Positions 11,366 through 22,725 of a stretch of 39,481 nt of DNA are shown here, one piece after another. The DNA is taken from positions 22,947,107 through 22,986,587 of the forward strand of contig NC_068989.1 in the NCBI RefSeq assembly GCF_001194135.2. The letters are read 5' to 3'. Every line of letters begins with the position of its first letter. The stretch's first letter is position 1. The position numbers and the translations under genes are program-made. This DNA is from Octopus bimaculoides (lineage: Eukaryota). The notes beneath the pieces are model-generated. The model searched no databases. It was not told the DNA's origin and saw only the letters and a program-made list of their open reading frames with translations.

Positions 11366-11530
11366 ACAACAGGTCTTTCTCTTTTTCTCAGTTTCCATCA
11401 ACCAAATTCACTCACAAGGCTTTGATCAGCCCAGGGACATAGTAAAAGACACTTGCCCAAGGTAGCATGAAGTAGGGCTGAACCCACAACCATGCGATTG
11501 GGAAGCAAACTTTTTCACCATACAGCCATG
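10855..11530 (-). mobile_element. E-body fragment (10855-11000) plus a complete-layout SINE A2 (11025-11530)
   Basis: catcattttaatgtctgcttttccatgcttgc...caagcaaggtaaaattacccc...aagacaagg, then (CA)/(TA)/(TATC)n, then an A head ending catacagccatgc. Confidence 0.75.
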
Positions 11531-11889
11531 CATGTGTATGCATGTATGACACACACACACACAAATGTTGGATAATAAATAAACATAAGTAAAAGTATGG
11601 AATACATTTAGTAGAATTTTATTTATTCATTAGAAGCAGATGTGTTGCTGTATTGGTTCTTGGAGTTTCTTACCAGATGAATGATCCGTCAAGTAACAAA
11701 CTGTTTGATTGGTTACTGTTGAGATTTAGGGTTCTCATAAATAGAACTGGCCAGAGTTTGCTACAGCTGGCCAGCAACCTTACCACTGATTATTATTCAG
11801 TTACCTGTTAGATCTTTACTTTTTAAAAAAGTAACTCTGAGTAGTGAGAGTGTGAATCATCAACTTCAAATTGAATATGTGGGAAGGGT

Positions 11890-12255
11890 GAGTGCATGAG
11901 TGGGGGAATGCATTCATATGTCTATGGGTCTGTGAGCATATATCTATGTGTGTGTGCATTTCTGTGTGTGTGTGTGCATATGTAAGTGGATTGGTGTACT
12001 TTGTATATGTAGGTTTGTGCATATGTGTTGGTTTGTACATTGTTTGTATGTATATGAGTGTGTGTTTGTGTGTATGTGAGCAGGATGATGCATTTGTGTA
12101 TTGGCTCTTACATTGTATGTGTGTGTGTGTGCAAAGGTGTAGAGGTTGGTGCATTTGTGTGTACATAGGCTCGTGCATGTATGTGTTGGTTAGTGCATTG
12201 TGTGTGTGTGTGTGTGCGTGCGCACGCACACACACACACATACACACACACAGTT
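11890..12255. repeat. Degenerate GT-rich low-complexity array
   Basis: Imperfect (GT)n/(ATGT)n ending in gtgtgcgtgcgcacgcacacac. Confidence 0.85.
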
Positions 12256-12727
12256 GTACTTACAGATCAACTCAGGCTTCATTTTAAGACTTAAAAATAG
12301 TCAGAAAACAGCTCAATGCAGAGATGCTATAATAGATAATTGAAGCACCAAGATATTTATGTTACTAATTAGTTATCAATAGTACTTTATTTACTAATTA
12401 TATTAATTAAACTAGCATATAGGTTCAACAGAGTTCAGCATGTCTGGCAGTTGCACAACCATATTTATATCTCTCATTGTAAACATTCTGTAGGAGGAGG
12501 TGGGAAGCAAAGAAGATTATTATTATTAAAATTCTGTTACCAAGATGATATAACTAACTAGTTCTGAAGGGGAGGGCAAGCATGGAGATTAGGTCAGAAG
12601 ACAGACAGGGACTGTCGTTGTTATTGTGGTTCTGGTTGTTTAGCCCTAAATCAACTCTGATCGGGTAGACCTACAACCAAAGGCATTCCAACTGTTGCAT
12701 TTTCATAAAGATATCTAGTATTTCATT

Positions 12728-12939
12728 AAGGAGGGGAGCTGGCAGAATTGTTAGCATGCTGGGCAAAATGCTTTATGGAATTTCATCCATCTTTACGTTC
12801 TCAGTTCAAATTCTGCCGAGGTTGACCTTGCCTTTCATCCTTTCGGGGTTGATAAAATAAGTACTAGTTGAGTACAGGGGGCAATGCTATCAACATGCCC
12901 CCTTCCCCCGGAATTGCAAGTCTTGTGCTAAAATTTGAA

Positions 12940-12978
<39 letters not shown>

Positions 12979-14700
12979 ATTAATATTAGGTGGTGAGCTG
13001 GCAGAATCGTTAGCACGCTGGAGAAATGCTTAGTGGTATTTCACCTGTCGCTACATTCTGAGTTCAAATTCTGCTGAGCTGATGTTATCTTTCATCTTTT
13101 CGGAGTCAATAGATTAAGTACCAGTTGGGGACTGGGGTTGATGTAATCAACTATCTCCCTCCCCCAAATTTCAGGCCTTGTGCTTATAATAGAAAGGATT
13201 ATTATTATTTTCATCGCTCTGTTCTGAGTTCAAATTCCACCAAGGTCGACTTAGCCTTTCATTCTTTTGGGGTTGGTGTAATTGACTTAATCCCTTCCCC
13301 CAAATTTCAGGCCTTGTGCCTACAGAAGAAAGGATTATTATTATTATTATTATTAAGTAAGGCAGTAAGCTGGCAGAATCATTAGCATGCTGGATGAAAT
13401 GTTTGGCAATATTTCAACTGCAGCTACGTTCTTAGGTTAAAATTCCGCCGAGGTCGACTTTGCCCATCATCCTTTCAGTGTCAATAAATTAAGTACCAGT
13501 GAAGCACTAAGGTCAATGTAATTGATTAGTCCCTTGCCCCCAAATGTCACGCCTTGTGTCTATAGTAGAATTATCATTATTAACAGGGAAAGCTGGCAGA
13601 ATCATTAGCACTCCAGGCAAAATACTTAGCAGCACTCCACCCATCTTTACATTCTGAGTTCAATTCCAAGGATGGTTTTCTTTGCCTTTCATCCTTTCAG
13701 AGTTGATAAAATAGGTACAAGTTGAGCACTGGGGATAACGTAATTGTCTAGCCTCCTCCCCGCAAATTTCAGGCCTTGTGCCCATCGTAGAAAGGGTTAT
13801 TGTTTATTGTTAAAGCAGCAAGCTGGCAGAAGTATTAGACTACTGGACAAAATGCATTCCGCATGTCATTGCACTCTGCATTCAAATTCAAATTCCAGCA
13901 AAGTCAACTTTACATTTGGCATTCTAGAAGAACTAACTCTGGCCATTGCAAAGGCCTACAAGAAGACCAGAGCTTGTGTGTTGTCATCTGACAGAGAAAC
14001 GGAATCTTTTCAAATACTATCTGCGGTACGACAAGGAGATACACTTGCACCTTACCTGTTTGCAATTGTAGCAAGCTATAGACAACAATGACAAAGACCT
14101 TAGACCAGCAAAGATTGTCCAATAAAATAAGTACCAGTTCAACACTGGGATCAGTATAATTAACTAACTCCTTCTAAATAAGTTCAGGCCTCGTGCCTAT
14201 AATAGGAAAGATTATTTTTATTATTATCATTTAAGGCAGTGAACTGGTAGAATCATTAACACGCTGGATAAAATGCTTAGCAGTATTTTGCCTATCACTA
14301 TGTTCTGAGTTCAAATTCTGCTGAGGTTGACTTTGCCTTTCATTCTTTCAGGATCTATAAATTAAGTACCAGTGAAACAATGGGGTTGATGTAATTGACT
14401 AGTTCCCTCTCCAAAAATTTCAAGCCTTGTGCTTTTAGAAGAAAGGGTTTTTTTCATTATTATTATTATTAAGGTGGTTAGCTGGTAGAATCATAAGCAT
14501 GCCAGGCAAAATGCTTAGCGGCATTTCATCCATTTTTACATTCAGAGTTCAAATTCTGCTCAGGTCGACTTAGCCTCTCATCTTTTGGGGATTGATAAAA
14601 TAAGTACTTAGTCCATCTCCCAAACCAGCTGGCATTGTGCCTATTATTATTATCATTATTATGATTATTACTATTGCTATTATTATCATCATCATCATTA
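12728..14700 (+). mobile_element. Head-to-tail array of 8 SINE-B copies
   Basis: Copies start near 12728, 12988, 13210 (5'-truncated, internal deletion), 13358, 13585, 13812, 14232 and 14471. Each ends in an (ATT)n-like tail that runs into the next head. Confidence 0.9.
13915..14115 (+). mobile_element. Internal RTE reverse transcriptase fragment inside a SINE-B copy
   Basis: Translates as FGILEELTLAIAKAYKKTRACVLSSDRETESFQILSAVRQGDTLAPYLFAIV (non-LTR RT GVxQGDxLAPxLF motif). Confidence 0.8.
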
Positions 14701-14847
14701 TTTAGTTGAAGGAAGAGGTGGAGCAGTTGCCTTGACCTTTGTCAGCCCTTCCATGCTGTTGAGATCAATGAAGCTAATGCTCAGCCTGAATGGCAAGATC
14801 AATACTTCTAAGAAGAGATAAAGCAATAGGCAGGGCAGAGCAATGGG

Positions 14848-15002
14848 TGATCATCATCATCATCATCATCATCGTTTAACGTCCGCTTTCCATGCTAGCA
14901 TGGGTTGGACGATTTGACTGAGGACTGGTGAAACCGGATGGCAACACCAGGCTCCAATCTAATTTGGCAGAGTTTCTACAGCTGGATGCCCTTCCTAACG
15001 CC
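14848..15002 (-). mobile_element. Young RTE LINE 3' end with (GAT)n tail
   Basis: About 5 substitutions in ~135 bp relative to the copy at 36440-36600. The longer copy at 38140-38420 links this tail type to RTE coding sequence (DRDLWxYxVLEK). Confidence 0.8.
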
Positions 15003-15239
15003 TACAAAAGGAGACATTACTATATCTTATTGATATAATCACTTACAGATGATGACTAGAAACATGTAGTAAGGTCAATTGGAAGTGGAGTAGAGTAGGG
15101 CGGTGGTTCATATACATTTCTAAATAAATGTAAATAAATAGCTGTTGTTGCTTGGCTCCAGTGTTTGAATATGACTGTGAAACAAAGATAAATCTCTACC
15201 ACAGGATCAGTTGCTGGTCCAACAAGGCAGTATCTACAT

Positions 15240-15537
15240 CAGAGACTCTCAACTGGGGTCCATCTAAAATTTTGGGGGTTCCACACAAGCAAAATACCAA
15301 ATTGGGGATCCACAGTAGTATTTCAAGGGACCTTTAAAAATGTTTGCTTTAGATGTATTTATTGCAAAAGACAGCTAGGTTTCTTTCTCCAATGTTTTAC
15401 AAAGTTCAACCTACACAGGTTAATGTGTGAAAAACAAATTAGAAACTTTAAAAGATTATCTATAAAAGTGGGGGTCTACCAGAATCGAATAGTAATCAAA
15501 GGGGTCCATAAATAAAAAAAAACGTTGAGAACTACCG
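15240..15537. mobile_element. hAT-type MITE with perfect 8-bp TSD
   Basis: TIRs CAGAGACTCTCAAC / GTTGAGAACTACCG; ATCTACAT duplicated at 15232-15239 and 15538-15545. Confidence 0.9.
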
Positions 15538-15587
15538 ATCTACATGATCACTCAATATACTAGAAATAACAGCCAACTCTCCCTTAA

Positions 15588-15808
15588 TCCTTTAGCATTC
15601 AGATTACTCTGTTGCATGTAATGCTTATTAATTAACATTGTTTTGAATTAATTATACATTATCCTGTGACTTCAACATTTCAATGGTGTGGTTGTTTATT
15701 TTTAGAACGACATTGTATGGTTGGTGTGAGAGGTCAGATCTGACCACTTTGAACATAAAACTTGTAAAATATTTGGGGCCGGATATGGCCAGTTTAAATG
15801 CTAAAGGG
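15588..15808. mobile_element. piggyBac-type MITE
   Basis: TTAA|(t)CCTTTAGCATT ... AATGCTAAAGGG|TTAA; homologous to 23127-23311, 32670-32877 and 26515-26956. Confidence 0.85.
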
Positions 15809-15859
15809 TTAAATGACATCCTGCTATTAAAGATAAAATTTACATAAAAGACCCCAGAT

Positions 15860-16519
15860 CAGTGACTCTCAACCATTTTTTGCCCTTGACCCCTTTGATT
15901 CCTATTTTACTTGGGTGAGCCTTCATCACTATTCAATGTTTAAAAATCCCTTTTATAATTTTGTAATTAAATATTATTAGGAATTGTATAAGAAAAATTG
16001 ATAAAATATTTTGAGCAGTGTAGGCGTAGGAGTGGCTGTGTGGTAAGTAGCTTGCTTACCAATCACATGGTTCTGGGTTCAGTCCCACTGCATGGCACCT
16101 TGGGCAACTGTCTTCTACTATAGCCTCGGGCCGACCAAATCCTTGTGAGTGGATTTGGTAGACGGAAACTGAAAGAAACCCGTCGTATATGTGTATAAAG
16201 AGAGAGTATATATGTATGTGTGCGTATATGTTTCTGTGTCTGCGTTTGTCCCCCCCAATATCACTTGACAACCGATGGTGGTGTGTTTATGTCCCTGTAA
16301 CTTAGCGGTTCAGAAAAAGAGACTGATAGAATAAGTACTAGGCTTACAAATATAGAATAAGTACTGGGGTCGATTTGCTCGACTAAAGGCGGTGCTCCAG
16401 CATGGCCACAGTCAAATGACTGAAACAAGTAAAGAGTAATGAGTGTAGAAGTATAACCCATTTATTGCACATAAATTTCAACAACAAAATCTTATATGGA
16501 CCCAGGTTGAGAACCACTG
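15860..16519. mobile_element. hAT-type MITE interrupted by a SINE A1
   Basis: TIRs CAGTGACTCTCAACC / GGTTGAGAACCACTG; 8-bp flanks CCCCAGAT / CACTAGAT (6 of 8 match). Confidence 0.75.
16021..16445 (+). mobile_element. Full-length SINE A1
   Basis: A box TGGCTGTGTGG, B box GGTTCAGTCCC, CORE-like caccttgggcaa, internal (TA/TG)n, tail gaaacaagtaaagagt; flanked by an AGTGTAG duplication. Confidence 0.9.
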
Positions 16520-16529
16520 CACTAGATGT

Positions 16530-16850
16530 GAAGGCGCAGAACTCAGTGGTTAGAACGCCAGGCGCACAATCATGAGGTAGTGAGTTCGATTCTTAGACTG
16601 GGCTGTGTGCTGTGTTCTTGAGCAAGACTCTTTATTTCACGTTGCTCCAGTTCACTCAGCCTTAAAAATAAGTTGCAACATCAGCCTTGTGCCTTTCCCT
16701 TGGATAACATAGATGGCATGGAGAGGGAAGGCTGGTATGCATGGGAAACTGCTGGTCCCCCATAAACAAGCTTGCCCAGATTTGTGCTTTGGAGGGTGAC
16801 TTTCTAGGTGCAATCCCATGGTCATTCATGGAATGTCTTTATGAAGAGTC
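16530..16850 (+). mobile_element. SINE C, full length with internal deletion
   Basis: tRNA-like head (tcagtggttag A box, gagttcgattc B box) and the same body as 1-250. Confidence 0.8.
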
Positions 16851-17229
16851 ATGGCTGGAATGCTTTTGATTATAGATCAACTTAAAACAAAGTTATTTAG
16901 CCCTATATAACAACTACAACAACAGTCAGTCATGGGTTACATTCTCCTTAAATAATTTACTTATTCCAAAACTGGTCATAGAAAAGGTCTCTGGCTGTAG
17001 AAACCTTACCAAAGTAGACGTTAGAGCTATAATTAGTCCTCTGACTCATCAAATGCTGTCAAACCATCCAACTCATGCCAGCATGGAAAATGGACATTAA
17101 ATAGTGTTTATGATATTGTGCATACACAACCGATGCCAGCATGGAAGCAGGATGTTAAATGATGATAATGACGCACATGTGTGTGTGTGTGTATTTGCTG
17201 TCACAAAGATATTCACTTCTCTAACACAA

Positions 17230-17345
17230 GAATAAAGATTCAGTTCCACTAGACAGCACCTTGGACAAATGTCTTTTACTATATAGTTCCAGGCCAACCA
17301 TTGTTTTGTGAGTGAATTTGGTAGACAGAAGCTATACAAAGCCTG
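17230..17345 (+). mobile_element. Degenerate SINE-A head
   Basis: cagttccact...gcaccttggacaaatgtctt...gtgagtgaatttggtagacagaa. Confidence 0.6.
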
Positions 17346-17349
17346 TTAT

Positions 17350-18000
17350 CATCACTATCTTCATCTTTTAATGTCTACCTTCCATACCAGCATGGGTTGG
17401 ATGGTTTGACAGGAGCTGGTGGGCCAAGGGACAGTGCCAAGCTTTAGTGTCTGCTTTGGCATGGTTTCAACTGCTGGTTGTCCTCCCTAACACCAACCAC
17501 TGTACAGAGTGTATTGGGTGCTTTTCATGTGGCACCAGCACTAGTTAGGTCACTAAGCAACTTGCAAGACAAGACCTTTTAACTGAAGTTGGGGAGTAGT
17601 ATTGAGGAAGATGGCTCTGTGTCAGGTGATAAGAGGGACAGTAACGGGTGTTTTGCTATGGAGGAGATACATGGCTACCCCAGCTGGAAAGACAAGGGAG
17701 AGAGTAGATGGTGAAGATGTGTTAACATGCACCCTCAAGTTACAGGGAGGTGTATATAAGTAGTACAGATGACTGGATAAGGTGAATGGGCAGGTTAGTT
17801 CACGAGAGTGCAAAAGAAGAAAGGGAGTGGTGGTGAGGAGAATGCAGAGAGTGAACACAGGTAGAGGGAGAGGTTTAGGAAAATGAGACGTTGGAGAGAG
17901 AGCTTCATCAGGGACAAATTGTGCACAGTTAAGCTTGCAAGAGTACAAAAGGAGAATGGGAAATAGGGGAGAAGAAACAAAGTAAAAGTAAAGGCAACTT
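17350..18000 (-). mobile_element. Repeat family G: pyrimidine-rich 5' part plus RTE-type tail
   Basis: Same architecture at 27535-28120 (-) and 32890-33495 (+); shared gcaag.tacttggtgac / aggaagggcatc / ccatgc..gcatggaa..gatgatg segments. Confidence 0.55.
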
Positions 18001-18089
18001 CTCGGGTCATGTTGACTCATAAGGGCCAGTTTACTCAGTTTCCATGACATATAAATTTCTCACCTGGACAAGTGAGAATTACCATAGAA

Positions 18090-18240
18090 TTACTCATTTT
18101 TGCCAGCTGAGTGGACTGAAGCAATGTGAAATGGAGTGTTTTGCTCAAGAACACAATGCATTGCCCGGTCCAGGAATTTAAACCACGATCTTAATGATCA
18201 GGTGTCCAACATCCTAACTACTAAGCCATGCACTTCCACA
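18090..18240 (-). mobile_element. SINE C 5' half
   Basis: ctcatttttgccagctgagtggactgaagcaatgtgaaat...ctcaagaacacaa...ctaagccatgc. Confidence 0.7.
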
Positions 18241-18646
18241 TAGAGAAAAAACGAAATGCAGTGAGTGGTAAACATGAGTGGCTGGAGAGCGGGAGGGGTG
18301 GTAGGAAGATGAGTTGTGTTGAAGAGGGGTATACACATAAATGACATACCTTTAGGGAGTCATTTTTACTTAAATATACAGGTCGTCTCAAGCAATATCA
18401 NNNNNNNNNNGCCCGGTCCAGGAATTTAAACCACGATCTTAATGATCAGGTGTCCAACATCCTAACTACTAAGCCATGCACTTCCACATAGAGAAAAAAC
18501 GAAATGCAGTGAGTGGTAAACATGAGTGGCTGGAGAGCGGGAGGGGTGGTAGGAAGATGAGTTGTGTTGAAGAGGGGTATACACATAAATGACATACCTT
18601 TAGGGAGTCATTTTTACTTAAATATACAGGTCGTCTCAAGCAATAT

Positions 18647-18686
<40 letters not shown>

Positions 18687-19371
18687 TTGTGAGTGCAAAC
18701 TACAGACAGTGATGTCTGTTGATATAGCCCTTTCAATAAATCATCCACTAGCTATGAGCTTTCAAAAACGAGTAAATGAAAACTCCCTTACTTTAAAGAT
18801 AGGTAAGGGTTAGTGACAAAAAGGACATCTGGCTGCAAAACAATGATTCAATTGTTCAGTGGGTGACAGTACTGAGGTCCCACTCAGGTTGCACTCCCTC
18901 CCTTTGCTCAAGGGCTCATAGGCTTTCTCGGAAGTACTCTCTTCCAGTGAATTTGACAGTGTAGTGAAAACAGACCAAGTGGAACTAATCTAAGCATTTG
19001 CCTGTAGATTGTAGAACAGCCATGTCCTTGATCTTAAATCTATGGTGTACCTTAAATGGCAAAAGTTGGCCCATGAGTTCATATAGTTTGTACACCATGT
19101 ATATTTTTCTATCTCATTCCTCCCTACCACATTTTCTCTTTAAAAAGATTTTATGTTACTCCCAACAAAAATTGTAAACTTATTTGTGTAATATCCCTGT
19201 CAACTGAGGGGGATATTACTTCAATTGAAGGGTCTTGCCTTGCAAGGTACTTGGTGACCCTATTAGTACTGGTACCATGTAAAAAGCATCTAGTACACTT
19301 GTGACAAGAGTTTCCACTGGCAGTGCCCCAGCATGGCACAGCCTTAGGGCTCAAACATAAAAGAATAAAAG

Positions 19372-19410
<39 letters not shown>

Positions 19411-19439
19411 TTTACCTATATATCATATATTTATATTGA

Positions 19440-19650
19440 TTTTCCATTTTAGCACAAGGCCAGTAATTTCAGGAAAGGGGTTAAGTCGATTACAATGACC
19501 CCAGTGCTCAACTGGTACTTACTTTATCAACTTCAAAAAGATGAAAGGCAAAGCTGACTTCAGCAGCATTTGAACTCAGAACATAAAGATGGACAAAACC
19601 CTGCCTAGCATTTTGCCAAACATACTAATAATTCTGCCAGCTCACTGCTT
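19440..19650 (-). mobile_element. SINE-B
   Basis: gcacaaggcc...cccagtgctcaactggtactt..tttatc...gatgaaaggcaaag...tttgaactcagaac...attctgccagctcac. Confidence 0.8.
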
Positions 19651-20045
19651 TTACTTCTACATCATCATCTTTTAACATCCATTCTCCATGCTGGCATGGG
19701 TTGAATGGTTTGACAGGAGTTGACCAGCTCAAAGACTGCCCACACTCTTTGTCTGTTTTGGCAAGTTTTCTATGAAATCATCATCACCATCCAACTACCA
19801 CCACCATCATCATCATGGATTTGTTTTTTTTTTTCATTTTCCTTTCACTCTCTTGCTCTCTCTCTTTCATTTCATCTCCTTTTCCTTCTAAAGAAGAGGA
19901 AGATGAATCATCTACTAATAGAACAGAGTCAGGAATAATAGAATGGTAGAATGTTAGAATAAAGAATACGAAAAATAATAAACAAAACCCAAAAACATGG
20001 GAGTGAGAGAGATGAAAAAATTTAACTCAAGGGGAATATATATAT

Positions 20046-20122
<77 letters not shown>

Positions 20123-20152
20123 AAAATCTTGGTTACTTGAGAAAGAACTTAC

Positions 20153-20289
20153 TCTCTTGAGTTCTGATGGAGTTTCTGGTCAATATGTGCCATGATACCA
20201 TCAAGAGCACCAACACTGGGTAATCCATTTTCAAAAACATTCTGAAGAACAGGAAACTCTTCGGAATCCAAACCAGATGGAGATGCCAT
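20153..20289 (-). CDS. First coding segment: MASPSGLDSEEFPVLQNVFENGLPSVGALDGIMAHIDQKLHQNSR(D/E), ending in phase 2
   Basis: ATG in a GCCATGG context, in-frame stops upstream (TAA, TGA, TAA), open frame to the canonical donor, protein-like composition. Product not recognised. Confidence 0.7.
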
Positions 20290-20343
20290 GGCAAATGTCA
20301 GTTCACATTAACTTCATTGTTATACATCACAGTCAATGCAGGT
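20153..20343 (-). other. Start-codon-containing exon (191 nt) of an unidentified minus-strand protein-coding gene
   Basis: Acceptor tattcctcttttcag|ACC (AG at 20344-20345) and donor AGAGA|gtaagt (GT at 20151-20152). Unique sequence between microsatellites. Confidence 0.75.
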
Positions 20344-20441
20344 CTGAAAAGAGGAATACCAATATTCTGTTTTTTACCAAAAAAAAAAATAAAATAAAAT
20401 AATCTGAAAACAAGTTCATTTATTTCTAAAGTTTCTAAATG

Positions 20442-20488
<47 letters not shown>

Positions 20489-20498
20489 NNNNNNNNNN

Positions 20499-20543
<45 letters not shown>

Positions 20544-20554
20544 GATATCATCAT

Positions 20555-20790
20555 TGCTATATCATACACTCTTCCATGCTGGCATGGCTCTGTCGGAGTT
20601 TATTGATGCAGATTTTTTTCAGCTGGATTCCCTTCCCGGAACCAACCCTCACCTGTTTCCTAGCAAGGTAATATTTCCTCCCATTGCCAGACATGGTTTC
20701 ATGGAATTCCTTGAAGTGAATGACACTGCTTTTATGGTAGTGACACTCTTTTACAACTAACACACAATATCAAGATAAAGAGGCACACAC
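20555..20790 (-). mobile_element. E body (SINE A2 3' module)
   Basis: cttccatgctggcatgg...accaaccctcacctgtttcctagcaaggtaatatt...tatcaagataa. Confidence 0.7.
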
Positions 20791-21149
20791 ACAGATAGAT
20801 ACTTCTCAATCACACAGCTAAGCTTGCATCTTTGGGTTCAATCCTGCTACAGGACACCTTGGACATGTGTCTTCTATTAAAGTCCTGAGTTGGCCAAGTG
20901 AATTTGGTAGAAACTGTAGGGATTCCAAGCTATTTTGTGTGTGTATTCAGTGTGTGTGTGTGTGGAACTGCTGATCCTAATATTTTTTCTCTCTCCCTCT
21001 TCAATTTTTTCCCTCTCATCCCTTTCTATCAAAGCGTGTAAGCTCAAAATATCAAAGACTTTTCTATTTTTCCCAAGCATCAAACTAATACAACTGCTTG
21101 CTGCTTCTTCACCTGTATCTATCTTTTGTTTTCTGTACTTTTGAGCCAT

Positions 21150-21154
21150 ATATA

Positions 21155-21200
<46 letters not shown>

Positions 21201-21504
21201 NNNNNNNNNNNNNNNNNNNNNNNNNNNNNNNNNNNNNNNNNNNNNNNNNNNNNNNNNNNNNNNNNNNNNNNNNNNNNNNNNNNNNNNNNNNNNNNNNNNN
21301 NNNNNNNNNNNNNNNNNNNNNNNNNNNNNNNNNNNNNNNNNNNNNNNNNNNNNNNNNNNNNNNNNNNNNNNNNNNNNNNNNNNNNNNNNNNNNNNNNNNN
21401 NNNNNNNNNNNNNNNNNNNNNNNNNNNNNNNNNNNNNNNNNNNNNNNNNNNNNNNNNNNNNNNNNNNNNNNNNNNNNNNNNNNNNNNNNNNNNNNNNNNN
21501 NNNN

Positions 21505-21547
<43 letters not shown>

Positions 21548-21548
21548 G

Positions 21549-21580
<32 letters not shown>
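21150..21580. repeat. (TA)n/(CA)n microsatellite with N gap
   Basis: Direct read. Confidence 0.95.
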
Positions 21581-22109
21581 AGAGGGTAAATCAAAAATTA
21601 TATCATACTTGATTCTGTAATTTATTAAAACAAAAGCAGGGGTTGAACAATTACATTTTTCTACATTGTCTCACAGTGTGTGCGCGTGTGCATGTGTGCA
21701 CGTGCTTGTGTGCACGCGCGTGCGCTTACTGAAGAGCATGTAAGGATAGGAAATAATATCATAGTCAACATGAACATACACTATAATGCTTCAGAAAAAC
21801 ATATAATCCCATCTTACAATTTTCAAAATAACTATGGAATTTAGTACAAAATCATTTTGTCAACCAATCAGTAAATCTTTAGCATTTACTCAGTCCACAT
21901 TTATTTCATTGTTGTTAAATAACAGACAGAATACGTAAGATGTTCATCTCTAAAAATGTAACTGGAATGTTTTGTTATTCCTTGTCTGTCAATCAGTGCC
22001 AGCCTTGGTCTGTGCATCAAAAAGCAACAACATCAAAATCAAAAGATGTTAATGCTGTGTTTTTCACAGAACATTCTAGAGTCAGCAATAATTGAATCGA
22101 CATAGTGAG

Positions 22110-22725
22110 CCCTTTTGATGCCAACTGCCACATGACCATCCTTGGTTCTATGATACGAACTTACTGTTTTAGAGTGATCTAAATTTAACTCTCCAATAAA
22201 AATTTCATGCCATTTTATTTTTTACACTCCAGATTATTAATGACAGTTATATTACTAAATAAGCACAGGAGTGGCTGTGTGGTAAGTAGCTTGCTTACCA
22301 ACCACATGGTTCCGGGTTCAGAACCACTGCGTGGCACTTTGGGCAAGTGTCTTCTACTATAGCCTCGGGCCGACCAGAGCCTTGTGAGTGGATTTGATAG
22401 ACAGAAACTGAAAGAAGCCCGTCGTATATATGTATATGTGTGTGTATGTTTGTGTGTCTGTGTTTGTCCCCCCAGCATCGCTTGACAACCGATGGTGGTG
22501 TGTTTACGTCCCCGTAACTTAGCGGTTCGGTAAAAGAGACCGATAGAATAAGTACTAGGCTTCCAAAGAATAAGTCCTGGGCTCGATTTGTTCGACTAAA
22601 AGGCGGTGCTCCAGCATGGCCACAGTCAAATGACTGAAATAAGTAAAAGAGTAAATCCTGCATTATTTTCAAAATTAATTGAAACAAAAGCAGTGTATCT
22701 CAACAGAAATATGGTAAGAAAAGGG
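22110..22725. mobile_element. Second piggyBac-like MITE interrupted by a SINE A1
   Basis: Imperfect TIRs CCCTTTTGATGCCA / TGGTAAGAAAAGGG; TTAA flanks are degenerate. Confidence 0.45.
22261..22655 (+). mobile_element. Full-length young SINE A1
   Basis: Highly similar to 16021-16445; many CpGs retained. Confidence 0.9.

Noticed and set aside
11670-11815. Unique segment with a minus-strand donor (CTG|gtaaga) and a plus-strand 44-codon ORF after an acceptor-like tttcttaccag
   Set aside because: Signals conflict between strands and the minus-strand acceptor lacks a pyrimidine tract; cannot be called without RNA data.
14705-14812. Strong minus-strand acceptor with an open phase-1 frame (VLILPFRLSISFIDLNSMEGLTK)
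   Set aside because: Only a weak donor (GTCAAG), and its phase does not join the phase-2 end of the start exon.
16021-16095. tRNA genes at SINE heads (families A, B, C)
   Set aside because: A/B boxes are present but there is no complete cloverleaf, and each continues into a repeated SINE body.
18163-18648. Exact 238-bp direct repeat (18163-18400 and 18411-18648)
   Set aside because: Identical copies flank a 10-N gap, the signature of overlapping contig ends; most likely an assembly artefact.
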